Virus record (IMG/VR): IMGVR_UViG_3300035199_000136
Span: 1 to 40,487 of that record
Origin: a virus
Length of the DNA stretch: 40,487 nt
Direction: 5' to 3' (one strand)
Numbering within the stretch: position 1 is the stretch's first letter; every line of letters starts with the position of its first letter. The notes under the pieces are model-generated. The model had not been told where the DNA came from. It did no database searches and saw only the letters and a program-made list of their open reading frames with translations. Both the position numbers and the translations under genes were made by a program. Of this stretch, positions 7,036-14,662 are shown one piece after another.

Positions 7036-7605
7036 ATGGAACCCTATTACCAAGACGATGCTGTGACCATCTACAACGCTGACTGCCGTGACGTACTACC
7101 AACGCTAGGCACGGTTGACCTTGTGCTGACCGACCCGCCATATCCGACAGCCCACCTTGAATACGGGAATGTCGGATTAGATGAAGTCGCAGCATTAGAG
7201 ATTCCGCAAGTGTGGTTCTGGGCAGGGAACACACAATTCCCTTACGACCACACATCTGTCAGTGTGTGGGATAAGCAGGTAGGCGTGGCAAAGTTTGAAT
7301 TGATTTACTCCCTCAACTGGAAGGGTATTCATGACATATTCAAACGCTACTTCATAAATTCAACGGTCGCTGCTAACTTCACAGGTGATGACTTCAATGA
7401 ACACCCCTCACAGAAACCGATTCGCCTTATGCGTGACGTTCTGTTGCGGTGTCCTGAAGGCACAATCCTCGACCCGTTTATGGGTAGCGGTACGACCCTG
7501 CGAGCAGCGAAGGATTTGAACCGCAAGGCTATCGGGATAGAGATTGAAGAACGTTACTGTGAGATTGCCGCCCAGCGTATGAGCCAACTGGTGATGGAAC
7601 TATGA
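7036..7605 (+). CDS. DNA N6-adenine/N4-cytosine methyltransferase, beta class (MT1, 189 aa)
   Basis: Motif IV is TDPPY. Also HPSQKP and motif I DPFMGSGTT, in the order IV then I. Confidence 0.8.
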   Translation: MEPYYQDDAVTIYNADCRDVLPTLGTVDLVLTDPPYPTAHLEYGNVGLDEVAALEIPQVWFWAGNTQFPYDHTSVSVWDKQVGVAKFELIYSLNWKGIHDIFKRYFINSTVAANFTGDDFNEHPSQKPIRLMRDVLLRCPEGTILDPFMGSGTTLRAAKDLNRKAIGIEIEERYCEIAAQRMSQLVMEL

Positions 7606-8150
7606 TTCCCTGCGCCCCATGCCTGCACCTGACCGACGAGATGAGCGAGGATGACCGATTCGACTATGCGAGCGTTCACACTGGTGACAAGCAGTGCGAT
7701 ACATGCCCGTTCAGGTGGGACTGGATGCCACTGATAGGACTGTCTTATGACAGGGCAACACTGGCTAATGCGCGAATGTTATGGTTGTCTTTTCAGTCAT
7801 TGTTTCCAAAAGCTGGCGAACGACCGTGCCTCACTATGCCTGATGACCCAGAGCCTCAATGGTGGCCTGTCAACACCGTCAGAATAAAACGTGTTGCCGC
7901 AGGTCTGACACTGTTTGAGCGGGTCAAGTCAGCAGTAGCCGTAGAGGACATAGCTGAACGGTTGACCGAGTTACGTGGGAACAGTGTCCTGAAAGGTAAG
8001 TGCCCACTCCACAACGAACAGAACGGGGAAGCCTTTGCTGTTTATAAAGATACCCAGACATGGCGATGCTTTGGGAGTTGTAATGTCGGTGGTGACGTCA
8101 TCGCCCTGATTCAAGAATGTATGGAAAGAGATATCGAATGGCAGAAGTAA
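7602..8150 (+). CDS. stand-alone DnaG-type CHC2 zinc-finger protein (primase Zn-binding domain only)
   Basis: CPLHNEQNGEAFAVYKDTQTWRCFGSCNVGGDVIALI matches the zf-CHC2 pattern. I saw no TOPRIM or RNA-polymerase domain. Confidence 0.7.
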   Translation: MIPCAPCLHLTDEMSEDDRFDYASVHTGDKQCDTCPFRWDWMPLIGLSYDRATLANARMLWLSFQSLFPKAGERPCLTMPDDPEPQWWPVNTVRIKRVAAGLTLFERVKSAVAVEDIAERLTELRGNSVLKGKCPLHNEQNGEAFAVYKDTQTWRCFGSCNVGGDVIALIQECMERDIEWQK

Positions 8151-8773
8151 TACAGCCCTACTACCAAGATGAATCAGTCACGATTTATAACGCTGATTGC
8201 CGTGATGTTTTGCCTATGCTGGGTAAGGTTGATCTTGTGCTGACTGATCCACCGTATGGGATTGCTAGTGTTTGGAAGGGCGGTGGCGGGCATGGTTGGG
8301 GCAAGTCTAAAAATCAGGGGGTGTTGCGTAATAAATGGGACTCTGCTACCCCGTCCAATGAACTAATTATGGATTGCATTGCGCTTGGAAAAAACGCTAT
8401 TGTTTGGGGTGGTAACTATTACTCGTTGCCTGTATCTCGCGGGTGGCTGATATGGAATAAACCGGAAAGAGGTTTCACTTTGGCAGAAGCGGAACTTGCA
8501 TGGACTAACCGAGATAATGTTATGCGGGTGTATGACGCTAACCGCTCAGATATTGGAAGGGAACACCCCACCCAAAAACCAATAAGCCTTATGAAGTGGT
8601 GTATAGGTTTCTTCCCCGACGCACAACACATTCTTGACCCGTTTATGGGCAGCGGTACGACACTTCGAGCAGCCAAAGATTTGAACCGTAAGGCAATAGG
8701 TATTGAGATAGAGGAACGGTACTGCGAGATAGCAGCGAAGCGTATGAGTCAGTTAGTTATGGAGTTAAAGTAA
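8138..8773 (+). CDS. DNA N6-adenine/N4-cytosine methyltransferase, beta class (MT2, paralogue of MT1)
   Basis: TDPPY, HPTQKP and DPFMGSGTT motifs. Its N- and C-termini are near-identical to MT1 at the protein level while the central region differs. Start taken at ATG 8138 (alternative 8117). Confidence 0.85.
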   Translation: MAEVIQPYYQDESVTIYNADCRDVLPMLGKVDLVLTDPPYGIASVWKGGGGHGWGKSKNQGVLRNKWDSATPSNELIMDCIALGKNAIVWGGNYYSLPVSRGWLIWNKPERGFTLAEAELAWTNRDNVMRVYDANRSDIGREHPTQKPISLMKWCIGFFPDAQHILDPFMGSGTTLRAAKDLNRKAIGIEIEERYCEIAAKRMSQLVMELK

Positions 8774-10186
8774 ATGGCAGAAGTAAGTGCAACAGATGCA
8801 GCCCGTGCGTTAGCTGACTTTGCTGGCGTGGAACATAACGCAAACTGGGAGTCGCCTGGTGATGGAATGCCGGGCAAGAAGTTCAACTTAGACGAGCCGA
8901 AGTACGCCATGGATGCGGTAGGCGACCACCTGTTTGTCTGGGATGACAAGTTCACTAAAGAAATGATAATGATTAAGGTTGCCCAGCCTGTGCGTAGCGG
9001 GATAGATTTCTGGTGCGTCGTGACCGTAAAGATAAAGCAACCCAACAGGCAGCCGGTCAACATCTTCACAAAGAAACGATGGAACCTGACCAGCGTATCG
9101 AACGGCACGTCCATAGTCACAGCGTTGAACAAGCGTGAGCCAGACCGGAACTGGGACGGAAGGCTCGCCCTCGTTGAGCAGTACATCAACGACAGGGTAG
9201 AGATCGGCGACCCGCTGGTAGAGTTGTCTGAAGTAAGCGACCCGCCGCCTATCTCTTACACGGTGTACCCGTTTCTGGAAGAGAAGGCCAGCAACATGAT
9301 CGGTGCTGACGGTGGATCTTCAAAGTCCATAGCAGCCATTGCCCTGTGTGTCGCATACAGCTACGGCATCGAAACGATCCCCGGCATTCAAATGCCCATC
9401 GGACAGAAGCCGTCCCTGTATCTCGACTACGAATCCAACTCCAAGAGACAGGCGTTTCGTACACGCCAGATAATGAACGGCGTAGACGGGGCAGACCTCA
9501 AGGGACAGATTTATTACAAGCGAATGTACTCGCCAATCGTTGATGCGAGCGCAGAGTTATATGACCTCATCAAGTCTCGTGACATCGGGCTGGTAGTGAT
9601 CGACTCAGGAGCGCGCGCTGTAGGCGGGGGCACTAACGAGGAAAGCGTGGTGATCCCGTACTTCAATGCGATCTCAAGCTGGGACGTCACAACGCTCACC
9701 ATTGTCCACAAGTCCAAAGAAGCCCTGCAACGTGGTGGCAACAGTGGACCGTCAGGCGTGAAGCAATGGTGGAATCAGGCACGGAATTACTGGGAGTTGC
9801 TGAAAGACCAGACGCCAGGCGAGACTGAAATCTACGTGGCGTTCAGGCATGACAAGGCAAACAACGACGCCCGCCACGACCCGATGAACTACCGTATCGA
9901 CTTTGCTGACGGCATCAAGTATTACTTAGACACCGACGTGAGGTCGCAGGAGATAAGGAACGAACTCCCGAAGCATCAACAGGTCATGCTGTGGCTGCGT
10001 GAGAACGGAGAGCCTGCAACGGTAGCACAGATAGCTGAAGGCACCGGCATGTCAATCAACCACGTTGGCAACGAACTGAGGAAACTGGAAGGCCGGTACT
10101 TCTTCGGCAGTAGCGACAAGCGTGACAGAAGATGGGGACTGATCGAAGGAAGTCAGGAAACGCTCGACGAATGGGAAACTTACTAG
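8774..10186 (+). CDS. RecA-fold replicative helicase candidate (AAA_25 / RepA-DnaB-like) with a C-terminal wHTH
   Basis: Walker A-like GADGGSSKS, Walker B LVVIDSG, and TIVHKSKE. C-terminus has ATVAQIAEGTGMSINHVGNELRKLE. Confidence 0.65.
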   Translation: MAEVSATDAARALADFAGVEHNANWESPGDGMPGKKFNLDEPKYAMDAVGDHLFVWDDKFTKEMIMIKVAQPVRSGIDFWCVVTVKIKQPNRQPVNIFTKKRWNLTSVSNGTSIVTALNKREPDRNWDGRLALVEQYINDRVEIGDPLVELSEVSDPPPISYTVYPFLEEKASNMIGADGGSSKSIAAIALCVAYSYGIETIPGIQMPIGQKPSLYLDYESNSKRQAFRTRQIMNGVDGADLKGQIYYKRMYSPIVDASAELYDLIKSRDIGLVVIDSGARAVGGGTNEESVVIPYFNAISSWDVTTLTIVHKSKEALQRGGNSGPSGVKQWWNQARNYWELLKDQTPGETEIYVAFRHDKANNDARHDPMNYRIDFADGIKYYLDTDVRSQEIRNELPKHQQVMLWLRENGEPATVAQIAEGTGMSINHVGNELRKLEGRYFFGSSDKRDRRWGLIEGSQETLDEWETY

Positions 10187-10201
10187 AACAAAGGAGAAAC
10201 A

Positions 10202-10429
10202 ATGAGTATCGGAAGTGACTTCAGACCGGCACGCAAAATACAGCGGGACATACAAGACGTCGATCCGCACACGAAACAGTACGCCGAGATGCTGCACCTG
10301 TTCGATGCCGTGCAGAACTCTGCTCGCAGGGCAAACCCTGAATACGAAGGCTGCATTCATGGACCAAACAAGAACTGCGGGGAAGTGGTGATCCTGGTAT
10401 GCGATGGGTGCATAGACATAGAAGAATAA
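10202..10429 (+). CDS. hypothetical protein (75 aa)
   Basis: SD aaaggagaaaca before the ATG. Confidence 0.7.
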   Translation: MSIGSDFRPARKIQRDIQDVDPHTKQYAEMLHLFDAVQNSARRANPEYEGCIHGPNKNCGEVVILVCDGCIDIEE

Positions 10430-10441
10430 GAGAGGATTGGA

Positions 10442-11008
10442 ATGAAAGTAATCGTCGCATGTGAGTTCAGCGGAATAGTCAGGGATGCCTTTACAGAAGC
10501 AGGCCATGATGCTGTTTCCTGCGACCTGCTACCAACCGAAAGCCCAGGGAAACACATACAGGATGACATTCGCAATGTTGACCTGAGTAAGTACGACCTG
10601 ATGGTAGCGCACCCACCCTGCACCCACCTGGCAGTTAGTGGTGCGAGGTGGTTCCCCGAAAAAAGAAAAGAGCAGCAAGAGGCTCTGGAGTTTGTTCAGT
10701 GGCTACTGGACGCTCCCGTACCTCGTATCGCTTTAGAGAATCCGGTCAGCATTATCAGCAGTCGTATCCGAAAGCCCGATCAGATCATCCAGCCCTGGCA
10801 ATTTGGACATGGCGAAACAAAAGCAATCTGTTTGTGGCTTAAAAATTTATGGCCTTTAGTTTCAACTGAATTATCAGAAGGTCGTGAGGCAAGAGTACAT
10901 CTCATGCCGCCTTCACCGGACCGCTGGAAGGAACGCAGCAAATTCTATACAGGCATAGCAAAGGCTATGGCAACACAATGGGGGGCAGAATGGTTCAACT
11001 ACAACTAG
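10442..11008 (+). CDS. short C5-cytosine methyltransferase-like protein (188 aa)
   Basis: Motif I-like VACEFSG, motif IV AHPPC and motif VI ALENP. Too short to hold a TRD or motifs IX-X. Confidence 0.5.
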   Translation: MKVIVACEFSGIVRDAFTEAGHDAVSCDLLPTESPGKHIQDDIRNVDLSKYDLMVAHPPCTHLAVSGARWFPEKRKEQQEALEFVQWLLDAPVPRIALENPVSIISSRIRKPDQIIQPWQFGHGETKAICLWLKNLWPLVSTELSEGREARVHLMPPSPDRWKERSKFYTGIAKAMATQWGAEWFNYN

Positions 11009-11021
11009 CAAAAGAGAATAG

Positions 11022-11432
11022 ATGCCTAAAATAAAAATCACAGTCCCTGGACTTGCTGCACCCAAGTCACTACGGGTAACAAGGCACGGAGCCTACAATA
11101 ACAAGCGTGTTCGTTCGTGGATGGACATAGTTCGAGACACAGCGTTCGCACAGAGGCCGCCGAAGGCTCCCAAGGGTGTCCCAGTATCATTGATGCTCGA
11201 CGTGTGGCTCCCATGGCCTAAGAAAACTGCGAAGAAGGTAATTTCAGCAGACCCTTATGCCTTACACACGAAAAAGCCTGACTCAGACAACCTGCTCAAG
11301 CCTGTCGTGGACGGGCTGACGGAGGCAGGACTCTGGGAAGATGACAACCAGATCGCTACCATGTTCGTCGAAAAGAAATACTGTCCTCGTGGTGAAGAGG
11401 GCATCGAGGTTGTGATTAACTGGGAAAAATAG
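11022..11432 (+). CDS. rusA: RusA-family Holliday junction resolvase
   Basis: PDSDNLLKPVVDGLTEAGLWEDDNQI matches the RusA core (E. coli [26 protein letters not shown]). Confidence 0.85.
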   Translation: MPKIKITVPGLAAPKSLRVTRHGAYNNKRVRSWMDIVRDTAFAQRPPKAPKGVPVSLMLDVWLPWPKKTAKKVISADPYALHTKKPDSDNLLKPVVDGLTEAGLWEDDNQIATMFVEKKYCPRGEEGIEVVINWEK

Positions 11433-11487
11433 CAACGCCCCCACTGAAGAAAGGAGAAGACAGTGAGAGCGTTGCCAAGAGGAAGTT

Positions 11488-11546
11488 ATGGGCAGCAAGG
11501 AGAATCGGTTGCCGCCCATGAAATAAGAAACCGCTAGGGTTTTTTG
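11488..11546. terminator. Tandem hairpins where + and - transcription units converge (candidate bidirectional terminator)
   Basis: 11488-11519: stem atgggcagcaa/ttgccgcccat with 10 of 11 positions paired. 11525-11545: A/T-rich stem aagaaacc/ggtttttt. Confidence 0.4.
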
Positions 11547-11707
11547 CCGTCCTTCTTTTTACAGTTGCAGTTTTCAGTCTTAGCCTTCAGTTCTGCATTT
11601 TCACGATTCAATGCTTTCATCTGAAGTTCAAGCCCTGCAATGACAAGCACCTTGTCGCCAATCATCGACTGCATATCTTCATTTATCTGCGATACATCCG
11701 TTGCCAT
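11534..11707 (-). CDS. small coiled-coil protein with a Cys/Lys-rich C-terminus (57 aa)
   Basis: MATDVSQINEDMQSMIGDKVLVIAGLELQMKALNRENAELKAKTENCNCKKKDGKKP. SD gaagaggtag upstream. Not in the ORF track. Confidence 0.5.
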   Translation of the reverse strand: MATDVSQINEDMQSMIGDKVLVIAGLELQMKALNRENAELKAKTENCNCKKKDGKKP

Positions 11708-11904
11708 AAACTACCTCTTCATTTGTTCTTGAATAAGTCAACGTAACCTATGATAACTCAGAGTAGCTTTTTATTCCCACTTTCTGGGAAACTCGCGAAG
11801 CAGTGAGGCCAACGACTTACAGGTTTGATGCAGCATGTACACCAAATATCCACACTTGTGGTGGGTAAACCATCGGCGATGAGACATAAATTAGGGGATT
11901 GGTA

Positions 11905-12192
11905 TTATTTCTTCTGGGACTTGCGGGGTGCAGTCCTCTTGATTAGGCCAAGATGCTTGCTGCCACCAAGCCTTGTCCATTCGGCACTGGTCATCTTGCC
12001 ATCGCCCTGGCTGATCGCATTTATAGCAAAGTTCGCCACTCGCTCCTGTTCTTCTGGCGTGTCCAGATGCATGAAGAGTGACTCAGCAAGTTTGTAAACC
12101 TTCAGTTGGGTCTTCGACTTATCGATGTAATTCTTTGCATCCTTTGTGGCTGATAGTGCCACAGGTAAAAACGAACCTAGTATCTTAAACAT
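11905..12192 (-). CDS. hypothetical protein (95 aa) with a hydrophobic N-terminus
   Basis: ORF with MFKILGSFLPVALSAT at the N-terminus. Divergent from the YqaA-like gene. Confidence 0.55.
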   Translation of the reverse strand: MFKILGSFLPVALSATKDAKNYIDKSKTQLKVYKLAESLFMHLDTPEEQERVANFAINAISQGDGKMTSAEWTRLGGSKHLGLIKRTAPRKSQKK

Positions 12193-12243
12193 TATTCGGC
12201 CTCCCTAGCATAGTTTACTAAAAGAAAGTAAGTTAGTTACATA

Positions 12244-12807
12244 TTGGATAAATCGAACTACCGACATCACTGGCTGGCCCAGCATCAGAAATTCTTACGC
12301 GTTACTCCGCTACTTATAAGCGTAGCCTTCATAGCAACAGGTCTTGTTCTCTGGACCACCGGAACATTCAACATTGAAACTGTTGGGTACGCCAGTATCT
12401 GGTTCATCGCCTTCATAGGTGCTGCTCTTATTTTCCTGCCGGTTTCTGCTCTGGCAACCGTCTGCGTGGCAGTGGCCGTTGATCTGAACCCCTTTATAGT
12501 TGCTGTCGTTGCTGCGTCTGCCGAATCCATAGGTGAACTGACAGGCTATCTTGCTGGCATGGGTGGCAAGTCCTTCTTTGAACACAACCGCTTCTACCTG
12601 CGGTTCAAGAACCTCTTCGAGAAATACTCATTCCTCTGTTTACTCATTGGCAGTGCCATCCCGAACCCACTCTTCGATGTCCTTGGAATAGCTGCTGGCA
12701 GCGTACTCTATCCTGTCAAAAGATTTATTCTGCTGGTCTTCATCGGCAAGGTGGTCAAGTTCAGCTGGATAGGACTAGGCTGCTATTACGGGATGACCTG
12801 GTTCTAA
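12244..12807 (+). CDS. YqaA/DedA-family (VTT-domain) multi-pass membrane protein
   Basis: ASAESIGELTGYLAG and KYSFLCLLIGSAIPNPLFDVLGIAAG...FIGKVVKF align by eye with E. coli YqaA (ATMGNSLGGLTN; RYGAVTLLLSWMPVVGDLLCLLAG...LGKALRY). TTG start. Confidence 0.6.
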   Translation: MDKSNYRHHWLAQHQKFLRVTPLLISVAFIATGLVLWTTGTFNIETVGYASIWFIAFIGAALIFLPVSALATVCVAVAVDLNPFIVAVVAASAESIGELTGYLAGMGGKSFFEHNRFYLRFKNLFEKYSFLCLLIGSAIPNPLFDVLGIAAGSVLYPVKRFILLVFIGKVVKFSWIGLGCYYGMTWF

Positions 12808-12899
12808 TATTGAACACGTTCCAAGTGCCCTCTATATAACCTTCTGGCTGTATAAGCTGCAAGGATGGCGACCAGTGTAAAAGTAAATAAGCGTTTCAT
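12804..12899 (-). CDS. possible 31-aa single-TM peptide translationally coupled to tatC (MKRLFTFTLVAILAAYTARRLYRGHLERVQY)
   Basis: ATGA overlap with the tatC stop. Hydrophobic core followed by a basic tail. Very short. Confidence 0.3.
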   Translation of the reverse strand: MKRLFTFTLVAILAAYTARRLYRGHLERVQY

Positions 12900-13771
12900 C
12901 GTTTCCTAATCTTCCTGTATATCCAGCGGACCTTTACTACAGGGTAGCCTATACCAAACCGTATCTTTCGCAAAACCCAGCCTATTCCAGCCCTGATCTT
13001 CTTGACGAACATGTAGTCGCCCTGTTCAGGCCATGCCACCCACGACAGGAATAAACCCACCTCGTAAAGCATGATGATCGGGACAGCGAGGAGCGTCTGA
13101 TTTACGATGTCGAACGTGGGGGTAATAATGGCTGAGAGGATAAATGCTGATACCGGAACGTACTTCCGCAGTCCACGTAAGCGCAGGTACGAGACTATCC
13201 GCATCTTGGCTAACAGATACATCGTGATAGGCAGTTCAAATACGACGCCCAGCCAGAAGACCATTGCTGAGAGTAAGTCAATGTATTCTGAGAGGACTAT
13301 TACTGGTGTGGCAACGCCTGTACCGAAGTTAAGAAGGAACTTCAGTCCAGTTGGGAGCATTATGAAATATGCAAATGAAGCCCCCAGTAAAAAGGACAGG
13401 ACGGTTGCTGGAAAAAAGATAACCAGGAACCGCCGTTGCTGAGGAGGAACCAGCGAACTAAATAACGTATAGACACTGACCACTATGACAGGGAGTGCGG
13501 CGATAACTCCCCCTCTGATGGCAAGCTGGATAGTTGCCCCCATCATCGACGTAGGCGAGGTAAATATGGGAAGGTTGCCCTCGAAAGGCGAGAGGTTATC
13601 CCCCGCTGGAGCAAGCAAGAACCCGAAAACCGCCTCACGAAAATACCACGTAGCACCCGCACCGGCTCCGAAAGTAAGAAGAATCCAGAACAGTCGTATT
13701 CTTATACGTCGGCCTAACACGCGTGACGCATGACGGCCTACTTCGCCTATGCCCCTATAAGGAGCGAGCAA
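12896..13771 (-). CDS. tatC: TatC, the twin-arginine translocase core subunit homologue, with a cationic repeat tail
   Basis: PPQQRRFLVIFFPATVLSFLLGASFAYFIMLP and VVFELPITMYLL...AIITPTFDIVNQTLLAVPIIMLYEVGLFLS align with E. coli TatC (HERRLVVPLL...GMAFAYFVVFP; VSFEVPVAIVLL...[29 protein letters not shown]). TTG start. Confidence 0.85.
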   Translation of the reverse strand: MLAPYRGIGEVGRHASRVLGRRIRIRLFWILLTFGAGAGATWYFREAVFGFLLAPAGDNLSPFEGNLPIFTSPTSMMGATIQLAIRGGVIAALPVIVVSVYTLFSSLVPPQQRRFLVIFFPATVLSFLLGASFAYFIMLPTGLKFLLNFGTGVATPVIVLSEYIDLLSAMVFWLGVVFELPITMYLLAKMRIVSYLRLRGLRKYVPVSAFILSAIITPTFDIVNQTLLAVPIIMLYEVGLFLSWVAWPEQGDYMFVKKIRAGIGWVLRKIRFGIGYPVVKVRWIYRKIRKR

Positions 13772-13894
13772 TTAAGTTTCTTTCTTGCTCTTCTTGGATT
13801 GCCCTCGTCGTAAAGCTGTCGCCATCCAGCCACCACCACCAAGCAATACCACAGTTCCCATAGCCACGATGCCTACTAAGACCCATTCGTTCAT
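13772..13894 (-). CDS. 40-aa single-TM protein (MNEWVLVGIVAMGTVVLLGGGGWMATALRRGQSKKSKKET)
   Basis: SD aaggat upstream. Its stop abuts the tatC start. Not in the ORF track. Confidence 0.5.
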   Translation of the reverse strand: MNEWVLVGIVAMGTVVLLGGGGWMATALRRGQSKKSKKET

Positions 13895-13896
13895 TT

Positions 13897-14175
13897 TTAA
13901 CTATCCTTACTTTGCGTTATCGTTTGCTCATCATTAGCGAGAGCATCTAACTTATTCTTTGCAACTAAGTTACTCAGTCGCAACCGTCTTACTTGCTTTG
14001 TGACGTCACGCATACCAGCCTTTGCCGTGACTGCTGCCCAGGTGTTCACGAACACGATCCCACGAGCAGCACTGGTAGCTGAATCAACTGCACCGCCAAC
14101 CAAAAAGTCGAAAAGTTTCACAACGACGAAACTCGCCGCCATTGACCCTAGTGTATAGCCCAGCAACCAGCCCAT
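13897..14175 (-). CDS. two-TM small membrane protein (holin-like topology), 92 aa
   Basis: Two hydrophobic segments followed by a charged C-terminus. TAATG overlap with the upstream gene. Confidence 0.45.
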   Translation of the reverse strand: MGWLLGYTLGSMAASFVVVKLFDFLVGGAVDSATSAARGIVFVNTWAAVTAKAGMRDVTKQVRRLRLSNLVAKNKLDALANDEQTITQSKDS

Positions 14176-14528
14176 TATTCATCCTTCTTCTTCTTTGGTC
14201 CCTCAAGAGATTCCAGAAGTCCATCAACCACCGCCAATCCTTGAGATATGTAAGATGATAACATGGCTTGCGCTGGTCGTATGCCTGCGGCTTTCGCTCG
14301 ATCTTTGAGTTCAGTAAGCGATTCAACAAGTTCAGTAGGGCTTATCGGCTTAATCTCATCCTCGACGGTCAGCACCGGCTCCTCTTCAACGATCACCTCG
14401 TTTTCTACTGGAGCCTCTTCTTCTACGGCTACTCCCACGGTTGCTTCTGCAACCTCTTTTACAGCACCAGCATCTTCGACGTCTGGTTTCTCTGCTGCCT
14501 GCTCTGGTTTAAAGTCCTGAATTTCCAT
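14175..14528 (-). CDS. highly acidic hypothetical protein (117 aa)
   Basis: E/V-rich N-terminal half and an amphipathic C-terminus ending in KKKKDE. Confidence 0.7.
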   Translation of the reverse strand: MEIQDFKPEQAAEKPDVEDAGAVKEVAEATVGVAVEEEAPVENEVIVEEEPVLTVEDEIKPISPTELVESLTELKDRAKAAGIRPAQAMLSSYISQGLAVVDGLLESLEGPKKKKDE

Positions 14529-14539
14529 ATTCCCCTTCT

Positions 14540-14659
14540 TTAGTATTTCCTTTTACGCCTGGTGTTAGTCATCTTCCTGCCAGTACGCTTGGCTGCCTTC
14601 TTTGCAGCGGCCTTGCCCTTGGCTGTATATGGATAATGCCGACGTCCTACTTTGGGCAT
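14540..14659 (-). CDS. hyper-basic 39-aa protein (MPKVGRRHYPYTAKGKAAAKKAAKRTGRKMTNTRRKRKY)
   Basis: SD ggag upstream (aaaccggagtaagtt ATG). Not in the ORF track. Confidence 0.5.
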   Translation of the reverse strand: MPKVGRRHYPYTAKGKAAAKKAAKRTGRKMTNTRRKRKY

Positions 14660-14662
14660 AAC

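Noticed and set aside
11825-12097. A + strand 90-aa ORF, and a 38-aa minus-strand ORF (11771..11887), in the 11.7-12.1 kb region
   Set aside because: The + ORF overlaps the better minus-strand 95-aa gene and has an implausible composition. The 38-aa ORF has no SD. The near-consensus DnaA-like 9-mer ATATCCACA at 11846-11854 is a single one-mismatch hit, which is expected by chance.
13772-13894. Calling the 40-aa TM protein upstream of tatC a TatA/TatE homologue
   Set aside because: It lacks the conserved F-G hinge and the amphipathic helix that follow the TM segment in TatA-family proteins. I call it only a single-TM peptide.
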